A DNA stretch of 64,000 nucleotides from Scenedesmus sp. PABB004. Its lineage: Eukaryota. A model generated the notes under the pieces. The model was given only the letters and a program-made list of their open reading frames with translations, was not told the origin of the DNA and did no database searches. The DNA lies in the NCBI GenBank assembly GCA_014905635.1, contig JABVCE010000010.1, positions 1,178,001 through 1,242,000 of the forward strand, written 5' to 3'. Shown here one piece after another: positions 37,899 to 52,920 of the stretch (the first letter of the stretch is position 1; each line of letters opens with the position of its first letter). Made by a program: the position numbers and the translations under genes.

Positions 37899-38477
37899 CG
37901 CGCTGCTCCGCGGCGGCGCTGGCGCGGCGGCGGCCGCGGTCAGCCTGGTTGACTTGGCCGCGCGGGCTGCGGCGCTGCGGCGCAGTGACGCGCTGGCGTG
38001 CAGGGAGCTAGGGGAGGGACGCAGGCCAGGCCGCACGCGCGCGAGCTTCACAGACGGCGGCTCGGCGCGGCGCGAGGCGCTGCCGCGTGCTGCGCCTGCG
38101 CGACCGGCGGCCGCGCTGGCGATTCGGGTTGGACGGCCGGGGCTCCCTCCCGCGAGCTGCCCAAGCGCGGCGGCGGCGGCGGTTGAGCGCGGGGAGTTCG
38201 CCGGCGGCGAAACGACGGCGCGCGCTCTCGCAGGAGGGGCGCCCGCACCGCCACAGCCTCGCCGCAGCGCCCCGTGCCCGTTCGCCCCGCCACGATCTTG
38301 CAGCGCCCGCGCGCTCCGTGCCCTCAGCGGCGGCGGCGCACAAACGCGAGCTGTCGGCGCGAGCCGGGAGCACGGACTGGTCGGCCCGGGGCCGCCACAC
38401 CCCTCCCGGAGCAGCCACCAGGCCGAGCTGCGGCGGCGCTGCGGCGGCGGCGCGGAGCGCACGGGCGGGCGCCAACC

Positions 38478-41507
<3,030 letters not shown>

Positions 41508-41764
41508 GCCCGCTGGGGCGCGCTGGGGCGCGCTGGCGCAGCGCAGCGCGCGGCGGCGCGCGGCAGCGGCTGCGCGCTGCGCACGCGCGCTGCAACGGCG
41601 TGGCGCTGGCTCGGGCGGCGCGCTGCAAACAAGTGTGGCCAGAGGCGGGCACGTCCGGCTGCGTCGGCGCTCGGCTCAGATCACGCCGTTACAGCGCGAC
41701 GCGCGCCCAGGCACCGCAGCACAGCAGCTGTGCGCGCCGCGCCGCGCCGGGGCCGCCGCCGCCG

Positions 41765-44700
41765 TCACCGCCGCGGCGCGGGCGGAGGCATGCCCTTGCC
41801 CGGCTTGGCCACGCCCAGGCCCAGCATCGCCTCGACCTTGCGGTTGCCGCTCAGCGGCGTCAGCCCGCCGCCGAGCACCGGCGTGGCGCTCGTGCCGCTG
41901 CGCGCGCTGGCGAGGCCCGAGAGCGCGTCGCGGCCGGCGCCGGGCCGGGCGCGGCCCGTGAGCGCGACGTGCGCGCTGCCCGTCTGGCGCTGCAGCTCGC
42001 GGAGGCCGTCCAGCTCTGCGGCCGGGCGGCCGGGCGGGCGCGGGTCGGCGGCGAGGCGGGGGCCGGGCCGGGGCGGGCGCCGCCGCCGCGCAGCGGCGGC
42101 AGCGAGGGCCCGCTGCGCGCGGGGCGCGGCGGCGGCGGCTCACGTGCAGACGGGTTGCCGCTGCTCGCCGCCTGCGCCATGGCCACCTCCTCAAGGTACT
42201 TGCGCTGCCGCTCCTCCTGCTTGTTCTTGCTCGGCGGCATGCCGTGGAACCTGGGAGCGGAGAGCACCGCGCGTCGCGGGCGGGCGTGGGCGTGAGCCGC
42301 ACAGCGGGCGCGCGCAGCGGCGCGCGGCGGCGACGCGCAAGGGCCGGCGCGGCGCGGCGCGGCGCGGCGGCGCTCACTGGTGGCACATGACGCGGAAGCG
42401 CTCCTTGGGCGTCATCACGCGCCCAAACTCGTCGCGCTGCGTCAGCGCGACCTCGATGCGCTGACTCATCGCGTCCTCGTGGCTGCCGCCTGCGGCGCGG
42501 CGCGGCGGCGCGGTGTGGCGAGTGGGCGGCGCGGTGCGGGCCGCGGCGCAGGGACGCCCGGGCGCCGGGGGCCGGTGGGCGCTCCCCGCCGAGCACGCGG
42601 GCAGGGGCGGGCAGGGCGCAGCGGCGTACGGGGCGGCGGCGGCGGCGGCGCGCACCGGTGTAGACGTCGTCGAGTCCGATCAGCGCGACGGGCTTCTTGT
42701 CGTTGGTGCGGCCCGCCCACTGCGTCTTGTCCTTGAGCAGGCCCTTGTCCTTGATGAGACCCAGGCAGGCCGCCAGGCCTGCGCCGCGGCGGCGGCGTGG
42801 GCGGGGCGGGGCGGGCGAGGCGCGGCGCGCGGCGGGCGAGGCGCGGCGCGCGGCGTGCTCGGCGGCGCGTGCAGCGCGCGCACCCTTGCCCATCGCGCGC
42901 TCGCCGACCACGCTCTCCTCCTGCTGTGGCGCCGGCCCCCTGCCGCCGCCGCCGCCGCCGCCGCCCTGCGCGCGAGGCGGGGAGGAGAGACTGTCGGTCG
43001 CCTGCCGCGCCCAGCCGCTGCTGCCGCGTGCGGCCACAGCGCCCCGCGCTGCGCCGCGACGCCGCACCTGCTGCTGCTGCTCCTGCCCGTCCTCCTCCCC
43101 CTCTGCCGCCACCCAGCCGCTCTTGCGGTACTTGCGCTGCTTCGCCGCCGGCGGCTTGGACTCTGGCGCCGGCGGCGCCAGCGGCGCGTCTGCGGGGCGG
43201 GCGGCGGCGGCGCAAGCGGCGCACGCGAGCCGCGCGGCTCGCGCCCGCGCGCCGCCGTTGTGCGGCGCCGCCCGCCCCGCCGTGCGCGCGCACGCGGCCT
43301 CTCGCCCACCTGCTGCTGCTGCCGCCGCCCCCGCCGCTGCGACGCTGCTCGCGCCCGCTGCTGCGGCGTCGCCGTCCACGTCCATGTGGCTGCCGCCCTC
43401 CTCCACGCGCGGCGCCTCCACCTGGATCGCGCGCACAAACTCGGTCGTCTCGCTGAACGCCGACAGCTCGCCTGCGAGCGGGCGCCACGGGCGGCGACCG
43501 TCAGGCGGCGCGCGGCACGGCAGGCGTCGGGCGGGCCAGCCGTGTGCGCGCGCGCGTGCGCGCCCGGCGCCGGCGCGGCGCCCGCACCCGTCGCCAGCTG
43601 CTCCCGCAGCCGCGTCTCGTCCTCGTCGCGCTTGGCCGCCAGCCGCTTCGCGATGGCCTCCAGGCTCGTGGACTCGCCGCCGCCGCCGCCGCCGTTGGCG
43701 GCCGCGTCGCCGCCAGCGTCCTTGCGCGCGAGCCGGCGCGCGCGCGCGAGCGAGGCCGCCAGCTCGTCGTCCGCGTCGTCCGGGTCGGCCGCGCCGCCGC
43801 CGCCGCCGCCGCCGGCCACGGCGTCCGGCCGCAGCGCCGCGCTCGCGAGGTTGGCGCGCCCCAGCGCCGCCTCGAAGCGCGCCGCGCGGTCCGCGGCCGC
43901 CGCAGCGCGCGCCGCCTCGGCCGCCGCGCGCCGCGCCTCGCGCGCCTCGCGGCTGCCCAGGTCGGCGCCGCCCTCCGCCGCCGCCGCCGCCTCGAGCGCG
44001 TCCAGGTCGAGCTCCTCCGCCGCCGCGCCCGACACGTCGGTCGTGCGCAGCTTGCGCTTGCGCTTCTTCTTCTTTTCCTTGCCGCCGCCCGCCGCGGCCG
44101 CGGCGGCGGCGGCCTCGTCGGCCGTCTGGTAGTCGCTGCCGCCGGGGCGCGGCGCGTCGGCGCCGGCGCCGCCGAGCGCCGCCGCGCCGGCGGCGAGGCG
44201 CGCCGACAGCGCCGCCGCGCGCGCGGCGGCGGGGAGCTGCCCCGCCGCGTCAAACGCGGCCGCCGCCTCCTCCTCCTCCTCGTCGTACTTGTCCAGCAGC
44301 CCCCGCACGCGGCCGTCCTCCTCCCACAGCGGCTTGGCCGACTTGCCCGCCGCCGCGGCGGCGCGGCGCCGCGCCTTCTCCTGCACCGTGAGCGCGTCCT
44401 CGAGCTGGTCCGGCCCGTCCGCGAGCTCGCCCTTGTCGTCCAGGATCGACGCGTCCGCCAGCGTGAGCACCACCGTCTCGCCCTCCACCAGCTCGCCGAC
44501 GTCGTGCCGCACCGTGACGCCCGCGAGGTCGGCCGCCGTGTGCTCGTCGCCGCCGGCGTCGGCGTCGGCGTCGGCCCCGGCGCCGTCGCGGCGGCGCCGC
44601 TTGGGCGCCGGCGGCTCGGCCGCCGCCGCCGCTGCCGCGCCGGGCTTGACCTTGGAGATCCAGTTTGCCACGTCGTCCACGTCGGGCGACGCCTCGCCGA

Positions 44701-45167
44701 GGCCGCGCGTCGCGCGCAGCTCCGCCTCGCGCCGCCGCTTCTCGCGCGCCCTGCGGCCGGCGCCGGCGGCGCGGGCGCGGCGGTCGGCGGCCGGCGCTGC
44801 TCGCGGCGCTGCTGGCGGCGCGGCGCAGCGCGGCGCTGGTGCTCCCCGCACGCACTCACTCTGCGAGCTTGGCGCGGATCTCCTCTGGGTCGGCCGCCGG
44901 CGCGGGCTTGGGCGCCTGCGGGCGGCGGCGGCGCGGGCGCATGGCCGGCGCAGCAGCAGCGGCGGCAGCTTCCCCGCGGCCCGCCGCGGCGCGGCTCGCC
45001 GCGTGCCGGCGCCACGGGCGCCCGGCGCGTGGGGCGCCACGCCGGCCCCCGCAGGCGCGCACCGGCCCGGGCTGCGGCGCCGGCGCCGCCTTGAGCGGCG
45101 CGAGGCCGAGCGCGGCGCGCAGGCGGTTGGTCTCCTCCACGCTCATCTCCACCACCTCCTCCGCCAT
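41765..45167 (-). CDS. SART1: U4/U6.U5 tri-snRNP-associated protein 1 (SART1/Snu66, spliced)
   Basis: HIND motif MSVEETNRLRAALGLAPLK, DLAGVTVRHD...GETVVLTLADASIL, LLDKYDE, DEFGRVMTPKERFR..CHQ/FHG.PPSKNKQE, GGLTPLSGNRKVEAMLGL; TGTAA on the minus strand at ~41688-41692. Confidence 0.93.
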
Positions 45168-45680
45168 GGCTCCCGCCTCTCCTGCGCTGGGGCCGCGGGG
45201 GCGGGGGCGCCTGCTGGGCGCGGCGGGCGACACGAGCGCTTGCGCGTCCGCTGCTGCCGCGGCTCGCTCGGCGCCGCCGGCGGGGCACCTGCAGCGGACG
45301 GAGTGCGCGGCGGGGGTGCACGGGGCGCCTGCAGCCCGGGGAGGTTTGGGGGCGCAGGATCTGGCGCCGGCGCCGGCGGCGTCGGCGCCGCTGAGACGCG
45401 CCCCGCCGCCGTCGCGGGCGCTGCCAGCGCGCGCCAGCTCGCCGGCCGCCGTTTCCCGCCGTCCGTCTCCCCAGCCTCACCGCGCGGCCCGAGCGCCCCC
45501 TCGCTGCTCGGGGAGGCTCGCCGCTCAGCAGCTGCTGCCGCCGGCCCCCGCGCAGCCCGCCGCGCCGACAGCAGCTGACCGTCCCGGTCTTGACCCCAGG
45601 ATGCGCTGCGCGCGCGCTGCGGCACCGCAGCGTGCGGGGCGGCGCGCCGAGGTCGGCGAGGCGCAAGGGAGCGTGCGGCA

Positions 45681-47672
45681 ATGGCGCACGCGCGCCCGAG
45701 GAGCGCCCCTCGTCCGCCGGGCCCTCCTCGCACGCCCGCCGCGCGCCGGGACCGCACTGGCGGCCGAGGTGGGGGGCGATGCGCCAGCCTGGCCCCATCC
45801 GCCACGCGCCGGCCTCAGCGTCGCGTCGCGGCGAGAGACGCGCGGGGCCAGCGCGCTCACAGCACCGCCGCCGCCGCAGGACGGGCGGCAGCCGCCCGCG
45901 TCGGCGCCGCCGCCGCTCCACGCCTGGCCGGCGCCGCCGGCGGAGCACGACGTGGAGCTGCGGCTGACCGTGCGCTACGCGGCCGACCCCGGCCAGGCGA
46001 TCGCGGTGCTGGGCAGCCACCAGGGGTGGTGCGCCGCGAACGCGGCGCGCATGACCGCCGGCCCCGGCGACGTCTGGAGCGTGGTGCTGCCGCTGCGCGC
46101 CGGGTGCGCCGCCGCGGCGCCGCGGCGCCGCGGCGCCGCGGCCCGCCCCTCCCGCGCGGCGCCCGCAGCGGCGCATTGCCGCCGCGCCCGCCCCGCCCGA
46201 CGCCGCCGCCGCCCGGCGCGCCCCGCCGCCGCCCGCGCCGCCGCCGCCGCCCGCGCCGCTGCAGGTGCGAGGTAGAGTACAAGTATGTGCTGCTCGACGC
46301 GGGCGGCGCCGTGTCGCGCTGGCAGGAGGGCTACAACAACACGATCTGCCTGCGCGGCGGCGCGTACGTGCACGTCGCAGACTCGTGGGGCCACGAGGCG
46401 CGCGAGGTGCACGAGGTCGCCCTGCCGCGCCCGCCGCCCGCGGTCACGCAGCGCGCGGTGGGCAGCGCCGCCGGCGGCGGCGGCGGCGGCGGCGCGCCGC
46501 AGCACGCCGTGCCCGGCTTCAGCATGCGCGGCGGCACGCAGTGGCCCGGCGGTGACCGCGCCGCGCTGGAGCAGCCGGCTCGGCTGGAGCAGCCGGCGGA
46601 CGCGGCGCCCGCGCCCGCGGCGGCGGCGGCGGCCGCGCTCGAGGCGGCCCCGCTGCCGGCGGCCCCGCCCGCCGCGGCAGCCACGGTGGTGCAGCCGCAG
46701 GCGCCGCAGCCTGGCCCGCCGCGAGACGCGGTCGCCGCCAGCCTGGCGCAGCAGGAGCAGCTGGCCCAGGAGGTGGCGGGCTTGCTGCCGTTGCTGCAGG
46801 CCGAGCTGCAGGCGGCGCTCACCGCGCTGGCGGGCAGCGGCCCTGGCGCCGGCGGTGACGAGGCGGCAGCAGTGTTTGCCGAGGGCCGCGCCGTGCTGGA
46901 TGCGCTGCAGCAGCAGCTGCGCGCCGCCGGCGGCCCCGGCCCGGCGGCCGCGGCGCCCGCGGCGGCGAGCCCCGCGCCCGGCGCGGGCGCCAGCGGCCGC
47001 TGCACGCCCGGGTTGTCGCTGGCCACAGCGTCAGAGGATGAGATCGCGGCCGCGCTGCTGAGCGACGACTGCGAGGAGGCGTGCGCGTGCCTGTGCGACG
47101 CGCTGGGGCGCTGCATGTCGTGCGCCTGCAGCGACGACGACGAGGAGTGCGACCTGGAGGCTGGACCCCATGGCCACAGCCACGCGCACCCGCAGCCGGC
47201 GGCGGCGGCGCCCCCGCCCCCGCGCGCCCTGGCGGCGGCCGCGGCGCCCCAGCCGGCTGCTGCTGCGGCGGCGGCGGCGGCGCCCCAGCCAGCGGCGGCA
47301 GCGGCCCCGGCCCGGCCGGCGCCCCGCCCCGCGGCGCATGCACAGGCGGAGGCGATGACGGCGGAGGCGATTGCGGCCACGCACCCGCAGGCGGCGACGC
47401 AGCTGCGGCACCTGGGCGCCGCGGTCGCGGCCGCGACGGCCGCCGCCGCCGCCGCCTCGCGGGAGCAGGAGGCCGTCCGCGGCGCGCTGGAGCTGCAGCC
47501 CGCCGCGCGAGAGGCGGCGGCCACGGCGGCGCTGCTCGGCGTGCAGCAGGCGCTCAAGGCGTCGTCGGAGCTGCTCGACGCGCTGGCCGACCCCTCCCAC
47601 CCCCTCATCCTCCAGGCCGACCGCGAGCTGGCAAACGCCAAGGGCCAGCTCGGCCGGCTGCTGTCCGCCTGA
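45681..47672 (+). CDS. Starch-binding CBM20-domain protein with low-complexity C-terminal region (5' exon structure approximate)
   Basis: VELRLTVRYAADPGQAIAVLGSHQGW...MTAGPGDVWSVVLPL.AG/EVEYKYVL...VSRWQEGYN is a CBM20 signature; no catalytic domain recognised. Confidence 0.8.
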   Translation: MAHARPRSAPRPPGPPRTPAARRDRTGGRGGGRCASLAPSATRRPQRRVAARDARGQRAHSTAAAAGRAAAARVGAAAAPRLAGAAGGARRGAAADRALRGRPRPGDRGAGQPPGVVRRERGAHDRRPRRRLERGAAAARRVRRRGAAAPRRRGPPLPRGARSGALPPRPPRPTPPPPGAPRRRPRRRRRPRRCRCEVEYKYVLLDAGGAVSRWQEGYNNTICLRGGAYVHVADSWGHEAREVHEVALPRPPPAVTQRAVGSAAGGGGGGGAPQHAVPGFSMRGGTQWPGGDRAALEQPARLEQPADAAPAPAAAAAAALEAAPLPAAPPAAAATVVQPQAPQPGPPRDAVAASLAQQEQLAQEVAGLLPLLQAELQAALTALAGSGPGAGGDEAAAVFAEGRAVLDALQQQLRAAGGPGPAAAAPAAASPAPGAGASGRCTPGLSLATASEDEIAAALLSDDCEEACACLCDALGRCMSCACSDDDEECDLEAGPHGHSHAHPQPAAAAPPPPRALAAAAAPQPAAAAAAAAAPQPAAAAAPARPAPRPAAHAQAEAMTAEAIAATHPQAATQLRHLGAAVAAATAAAAAASREQEAVRGALELQPAAREAAATAALLGVQQALKASSELLDALADPSHPLILQADRELANAKGQLGRLLSA

Positions 47673-47780
47673 ACCGCGCGCCGCACAGGTCCGCCGCCTG
47701 GCGGCTGCGCTGTACGTTTGTATGCTTCCTTTAGAGTTTTGCAGTTGCGTTGCAGTTGAGTTGCCCGCGGGACAGCTCTG

Positions 47781-47781
47781 A

Positions 47782-47871
<90 letters not shown>
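47781..47871. repeat. (CA)n microsatellite
   Basis: About 90 bp of CA dinucleotides with one interruption. Confidence 0.98.
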
Positions 47872-47872
<1 letters not shown>

Positions 47873-48322
47873 ACGCCTCCTGTTTGGCCGGGTCCCATAG
47901 CTGACCCGCTGGCAGGCTGTTTTTGGCACGCGCGACAGATCAGAGCAGAGCAGGGACTGGGCTGGAGGATGGAGGATGCGGCGGCGGCTCAATTGACCCG
48001 CGCGCGCGCGAGTGTGGCAGGAGGCGGGCTTCATTGAGCCCGCGGCGCACCGGATCGTTCGTGGGGGCGTTTGCAACAGCCCTCCTCCGTTTCGCTCCTC
48101 GCAGCCCCCCGGGGTCGCCCGAAACCGCGCTCAACGACACGCGCGCGCCCGGCGGCGGGCCGCGCAACAACATCGGCCCGCACCGTGCAGTCCGCCCCAG
48201 CAAACGGCCGCAAGCGATAGCGACAGCGCGCATGTGCAGTGCTCCCGCCTGCCCGCGCGGGCGTGCTATGTTGTACACGTGTGTGGTGAAAACTGTCTTC
48301 AAAGGCGCCAAGCAGCTCCTCG

Positions 48323-49228
48323 CTACACATACAGCTCCTCGTCGCCGCGCGCCGGCCCCGCGCTGCCGGGGTTGCTCCAGCCCTGCGTCGCCACGAGCCG
48401 CACCTGCGGGGCGGGGCGGGGGCGGGGCGGGGCGCGTGGGCCGCTGGGCGGCGCGGGCGCGCCGCGGGCGCGGCGCGGGCGCGCACCTGCGCGAGCACGT
48501 AGACCGCCCGGACCACGCGCGCGTAGTCGGTGCCGACCGCGGCCCTGACCAGGTCGACCGCGAGCCAGGCCCACATGACCGGCCCCAGCAGCGACAGCGC
48601 GCCCTGCACCGCGCTGTAGCGCAGCGTCGCGCTCGTGAGCCCCCGCTGCGCCGCCGCGAGCGCGGCCTGGCGCTGCCACTGCGCCAGCACGCCGCCCGCG
48701 GCGCCGCTCGTGGCCGCCTGGGCCACGGCCTGGTAGCGCAGCTGGCGGCCGAGCAGCTGGCGGCCGAGCTGCGCGGCGCTGCGCCGCATCACGGCGGTGA
48801 GCGTGACCGCGCTCGTGAGCTTCAGCGCTGGCGGCAGCAGGTCGCGCCCGCCGAAGCGAAACGGCGCGGTGAGGCGCTCCGTCCAGTTGGACCGCGGCGG
48901 GCCGCTCGGGGCGCTGCGGCGCGGCCGCGGCGAGCGCGCGGGCGCGGCAGCGGTGTCGGCGCCCGCAGCGGCGCCCGGCGGCGGCGGGCGCGCGGCGCGC
49001 CGGCCGGCGGGGCGGCCCCACCTCGTCATGCCGTCGCCCTCTGCCGCGTAGGCCACGGCGGCGGCGGCGGCGGGGTCGGGGTCGCCCTCGGCGCCCACAT
49101 ACTCCAGGCAGTGCTGCAGGACGTGCAGGAAGACCTCCGACTCGAGGTCTGGCGTGGTCAGGTTGCTGCTGCACTCGACGCCCAGCCTGTGCGGCGCGCG
49201 GCGCGGCGCGGGCGCGCAGGTGGGCGGC

Positions 49229-49260
<32 letters not shown>

Positions 49261-49948
49261 CGCCGCCGCCGCCCGCCGCCGCCGCGCGCCTGTCGCGTAT
49301 GAGCAGCAGGGCCTCGCGGTAGCTCGGCCGCTTGCCGCGCATCGTGGCGCTGCTGTCGGCGGCGAGGAAGCGGAAGCGCGCCTCCACCTGCGCGCAGCGC
49401 GGCGGCGGCCGCGGCGGCGGGCGTGCCCGTTGATCGCGTGCGCGTGTGCGCCGCGGGCGCCTCCGCCGCGGTCGCGGGCGCCCCCGCCGCGGGCGCGCCT
49501 TGTGCATGATGCTGGTGCGGCCGCGCAGCTGCAGCAGCGCCGGCTCGTCCTCGGTCACGATCGACTTGACGACCGGCGAGAAGGGGCTCGCGCCAAACAG
49601 GATGCCGTACAGGCCCTCCAGCTCCTCGTCGCTGCACAGGTCGAGCACCTCCCACAGCTCGGCGTCCACGTCCAGCCGGCTCACGGGCTCGGTCAGCACG
49701 AGCGCCCCCGCCGCGGCGGCGCCGCCGGCGTTGCCGCCGCCGCCCGGGCGCAGGGCCGCCGACGGGGCTGCGCTGCGCAGCGGCGCGGCCCCGCGCGCGG
49801 CGCCACGCGCGGCGCCGCTGCCGCTGCCGCCGCTGCTGCTGCTGCCGCTGCTGCCGCGGCCGTGCATGCACGGCGCTGCTGCCGGGCGGCCGGCCCTGAG
49901 ATCTGGTCCGCCGGCGGCTGGCCGGCAGCGCGCCTGGGCGAGCTGCAT
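48323..49948 (-). CDS. Conserved plastid-type protein related to cyanobacterial YaaW-like proteins (spliced)
   Basis: ELWEVLDLCSDEELEGLYGILF, VEARFRFLAADS..TMRGKRPSYREALL, LTTPDLESEVFLHVL, LLGPVMWAWLAVDL..AVGTDYARVV.AV..LAQ/VRL; transit-peptide-like N-terminus. Confidence 0.75.
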
Positions 49949-50082
49949 CGCGGGCCTGATGGCCGGGGAGCGCGCCTGCGTGGTGCGGCTGCGGCTGCTG
50001 GCGCGCGCGCCGGCGCCCCGCGGACGGCGAGAGCTGTCCCCACGGCGCCCAGGCTGGGCGGCCCAGCACAACAACAGCACTG

Positions 50083-51861
50083 GTGTGGTCCAAGCCTGGA
50101 CCGCGCACGGCGCCCGCCGCACAGCTCGCCCACGGCTCCAGAGTCAGCCCCCCACCTGCTCGCGCGTCGCGACGGGACCAGGGCGTGCGCGCAGCAGCAG
50201 CAGCAGCAGAGGCGCAGGCGGTTGGCGCCCGCCCGCCGCAACCGGCTGAGCGGAGCCCGCTCAGCGCCCGTGCAGCCCGGCCGGGACCCGCCGGGGGCAC
50301 GCCCCAGCGGCACCAGCGGCCGCAGCGGCTGCCCCAGCGCGCGGCGGTCGGCGCGCGAGCGCACGCCGCGGAGCCCGCCACGCTGGACTGGGACGGCGGC
50401 GGCGACGGGCTCGACGGCGAGGGCGACGGCCTCGAGCTGACCGCGGGGCTGTGGTTTCTGCGCCAGCAGCGCCGGGCGGAGCAGGAGCAGCGCCGGGCGG
50501 CGACAGCGGCGGCGCAGGAGCAGCGCGCGACGGCGATGCACGCGCAGCAGCCCCACCACCCGGCGCCGCCGCCCCCGGGGCAGGCCCCCGGCGCGCAGCC
50601 CCTGCCGCCGCCGCCCGGGGCGGCCGCCGCGCCGGCGGCGCCGCCGCGGCCGAGCGCGAGCCAGCTGCCGGCCGAGGGCGAGCTGCCGACGCTCAACGGC
50701 CTGCTCGGCCACGGCCCCGATGTGGCGGCGGAGGGCGCGCTGCCGCCGGCGCCGCCCCGCCAGGCGCGCGAGCGCGGCGCCGCCGCCAAGGCGCCCGTGC
50801 CGCCCGAGGCGGCGCTGGGCGGCCTGCTGGCGCTGACGGGCAGCCTCGTGTCCTACGCCATCGTGCGCCTCAAGAGCGGCAAGCGCGTGCGCCATCTCAA
50901 AGGTGGCAGCGCTGCGCACGAGCGGCCGGCCGCTCTCGCGCGCGCGTGCGCGCGTGCGCGCGAGCTCACGCGCGCGCGCCGGCCGCCGCCCGCAGAGGAG
51001 CTGCAGGAGGCCAAGCAGCAGCTGGCGGGCCTGCAGGAGGCCGACGCGCGCCGGCGGCAGCTGGAGGCCGAGCTCGCGGCGTCGCGCGTGAACCTCGAGT
51101 CGACCACAACCGAGCTGGAGGCGGCGCGCTCGGCGGCGCGCAAGCTCGAGTGCGCGGGGCGCGCAGCCCGCGCGGCGCGGCGCTGCGCTCTTGGGAGGGG
51201 GGGGGGGCAGCTGCTGCGCTGGCGCCGGCGGCGCCCGGTGCGGCTCACGCGCTCCGGCTCATGCGCCGTCCGCCGCTCCGCGCGCCCGCTGCAGGGGCGA
51301 CAAGCTGGCGGTGCAGGACCAGCTGCAGAGCGTGAGTGCCAGCCAGCATCAGGCCAAGGCGGCGGCGGAGAGGCGGCTGGCGGAGGCCGACCGCGCGCGG
51401 CACGAGGCGGAGCTTCGTTGGCGCAAGGCCTACGACGAGCTCGAGGCGGCGCACACGGAGCTTGAGAACGTGAAGTGAGTTGCCGCGGCAGCGTGGCCCG
51501 GTGGCGCGCGCCGCGGCCCGTAGCCGCGCGCGTCGTGCCACGCGCTGCGCCCGCCGTCGCCGTCGCTGCCGCGCCCGGCCCGCTGCCACCGCCCAGGGGC
51601 GAGCTGGGCCTGCGCGGCAGCCAGCTGGAGGGGCTCACCCGCGAGCTTGAGTTCACGCGCAGGTGCGTGTCATGCGCGCGCCCAAGTGCTGATGTGCGCC
51701 GGCGCCCCTTGCTGCCGGCCGCGCCCCGAGCGCGGCTGTGTGCGCTGGCGCTCCGCAGGCAGCTGGCGGAAGCGGAGAAGCGCGTGGAGCGGGCCCAAAT
51801 GGAGGGCCGCTCGGCGCGAGCGGGGGGTTACTCCAGCGGAGAGTACGACGCCTGGGACTGA
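50083..51861 (+). CDS. Hypothetical protein with one hydrophobic segment and a coiled-coil C-terminus (spliced; start unresolved)
   Basis: ALGGLLALTGSLVSYAIVRL followed by heptad-rich exons (EELQEAKQQLAGLQEAD..., ELGLRGSQLEGLTRELEF) with intron signals; ends YDAWD*. Confidence 0.55.
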
Positions 51862-52036
51862 TGCTGGCGGCCATGCTGCTGCAAGGTCGCGGCGGCAGCC
51901 GTGCGGCGCTGCGAGATGTGTGCTGTCACGCGGTGCGGCAGGGCAGGCGGCGGGCTTGGCGGCAGCCGGCGGGAGTGTGGGTTGGGTTGGGAAGTTGGGT
52001 GTGAAGTGTTGTGGCTGCAGCCCGCTCGCCAAAGCG

Positions 52037-52237
52037 GCCAGCGGCAGGGTCGTGGCAGGGCAGCCCAACTGCGCGCGCGGCGGCGCCCGGCCAGCGCTCG
52101 CGCGCCCCCTCGCAGCGCCCAGCGCGGCTGGCAGCGCTTGGCACGCGCGGCGCCGCAGAGGTGCAGCATGCTTGGTGGCGGCAGGCTCGCAGCAGCCGGG
52201 CCGGCCGCGCGCCGCTGTCCCGACGCGCACAGAGCGC
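52037..52237 (+). repeat. Direct repeat R, upstream of Cys-rich gene copy C
   Basis: GCCAGCGGCAGGGTCGTGGCAGGGCAGCCCAACTG...GCTGTCCCGACGCGCACAGAGCGC; recurs at 56836-57044 and, inverted, at ~16702-16908 and ~21472-21678. Confidence 0.9.
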
Positions 52238-52765
52238 AGCGCGCTGCGCGCCCCGCACGCCCGCCGCAGTTCTGGACGCGCAGCCGGCGCGGCGCCGCTC
52301 GGCTGCGTGCACGGCGCTGCACAGCGCCTGGCCCCGCCTCTGGCACGCAGTGGCCGTGCCTGGCCGCCGTCCAGCGCGCCCGCCCGTGATCGGCAGGGCG
52401 GTGGGGGCGGGCTGACTACTGCCTGCTCCGCGCTGAGGCGGCTTGGGTCCGTTCTGCTGCGCGCAAACGCTCCATCGCGCCTCCACAACACTTAAGAGCC
52501 GGGCGTGCCGGCCGCGGCGCGCCTAGAGGGCCGCGTCAATCTCGCCGAGCTGCGTTCGCCGCACACCGCGCAGCCCTGCGCCACCCAGCCGCCCGGCTCG
52601 GGCGTTCGGCGGGATCTGCGTGGCGTGCATAAGCTTTTGGAGACTCGCGCAACCTCCCGCGGCGGCCAGGGAGAGAGGTCGCCGGGGTTCGCACATGCTC
52701 GGCACTGCGAGCAGGGCGGGCCTCGTCCGGCGGAGGCCGCCGACGCCGGCCCGACGCTCCCGAGC

Positions 52766-52771
52766 TATATA
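52766..52771 (+). promoter_or_regulatory. Probable TATA box of Cys-rich gene copy C
   Basis: TATATA ~150 bp upstream of ATG 52921. Confidence 0.6.
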
Positions 52772-52920
52772 GCGCCGCCCGCCCTCCACCCACAGCCAAC
52801 CCGCGCTGTGCCTGCTGACCTGTGGCCGCTGCAACCCACCGAGAGCAGCTCCAACAAGGCCTTGCCCCCTAGCCCAGGCCTAGCCACAGCCGCAGCCCGC
52901 TCAGCTCACCGACCGACGCA

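Noticed and set aside
47031..47867. ORF beginning MCVCVCVC...
   Set aside because: It is a translation of the (CA)n microsatellite, antisense to the CBM20 gene.
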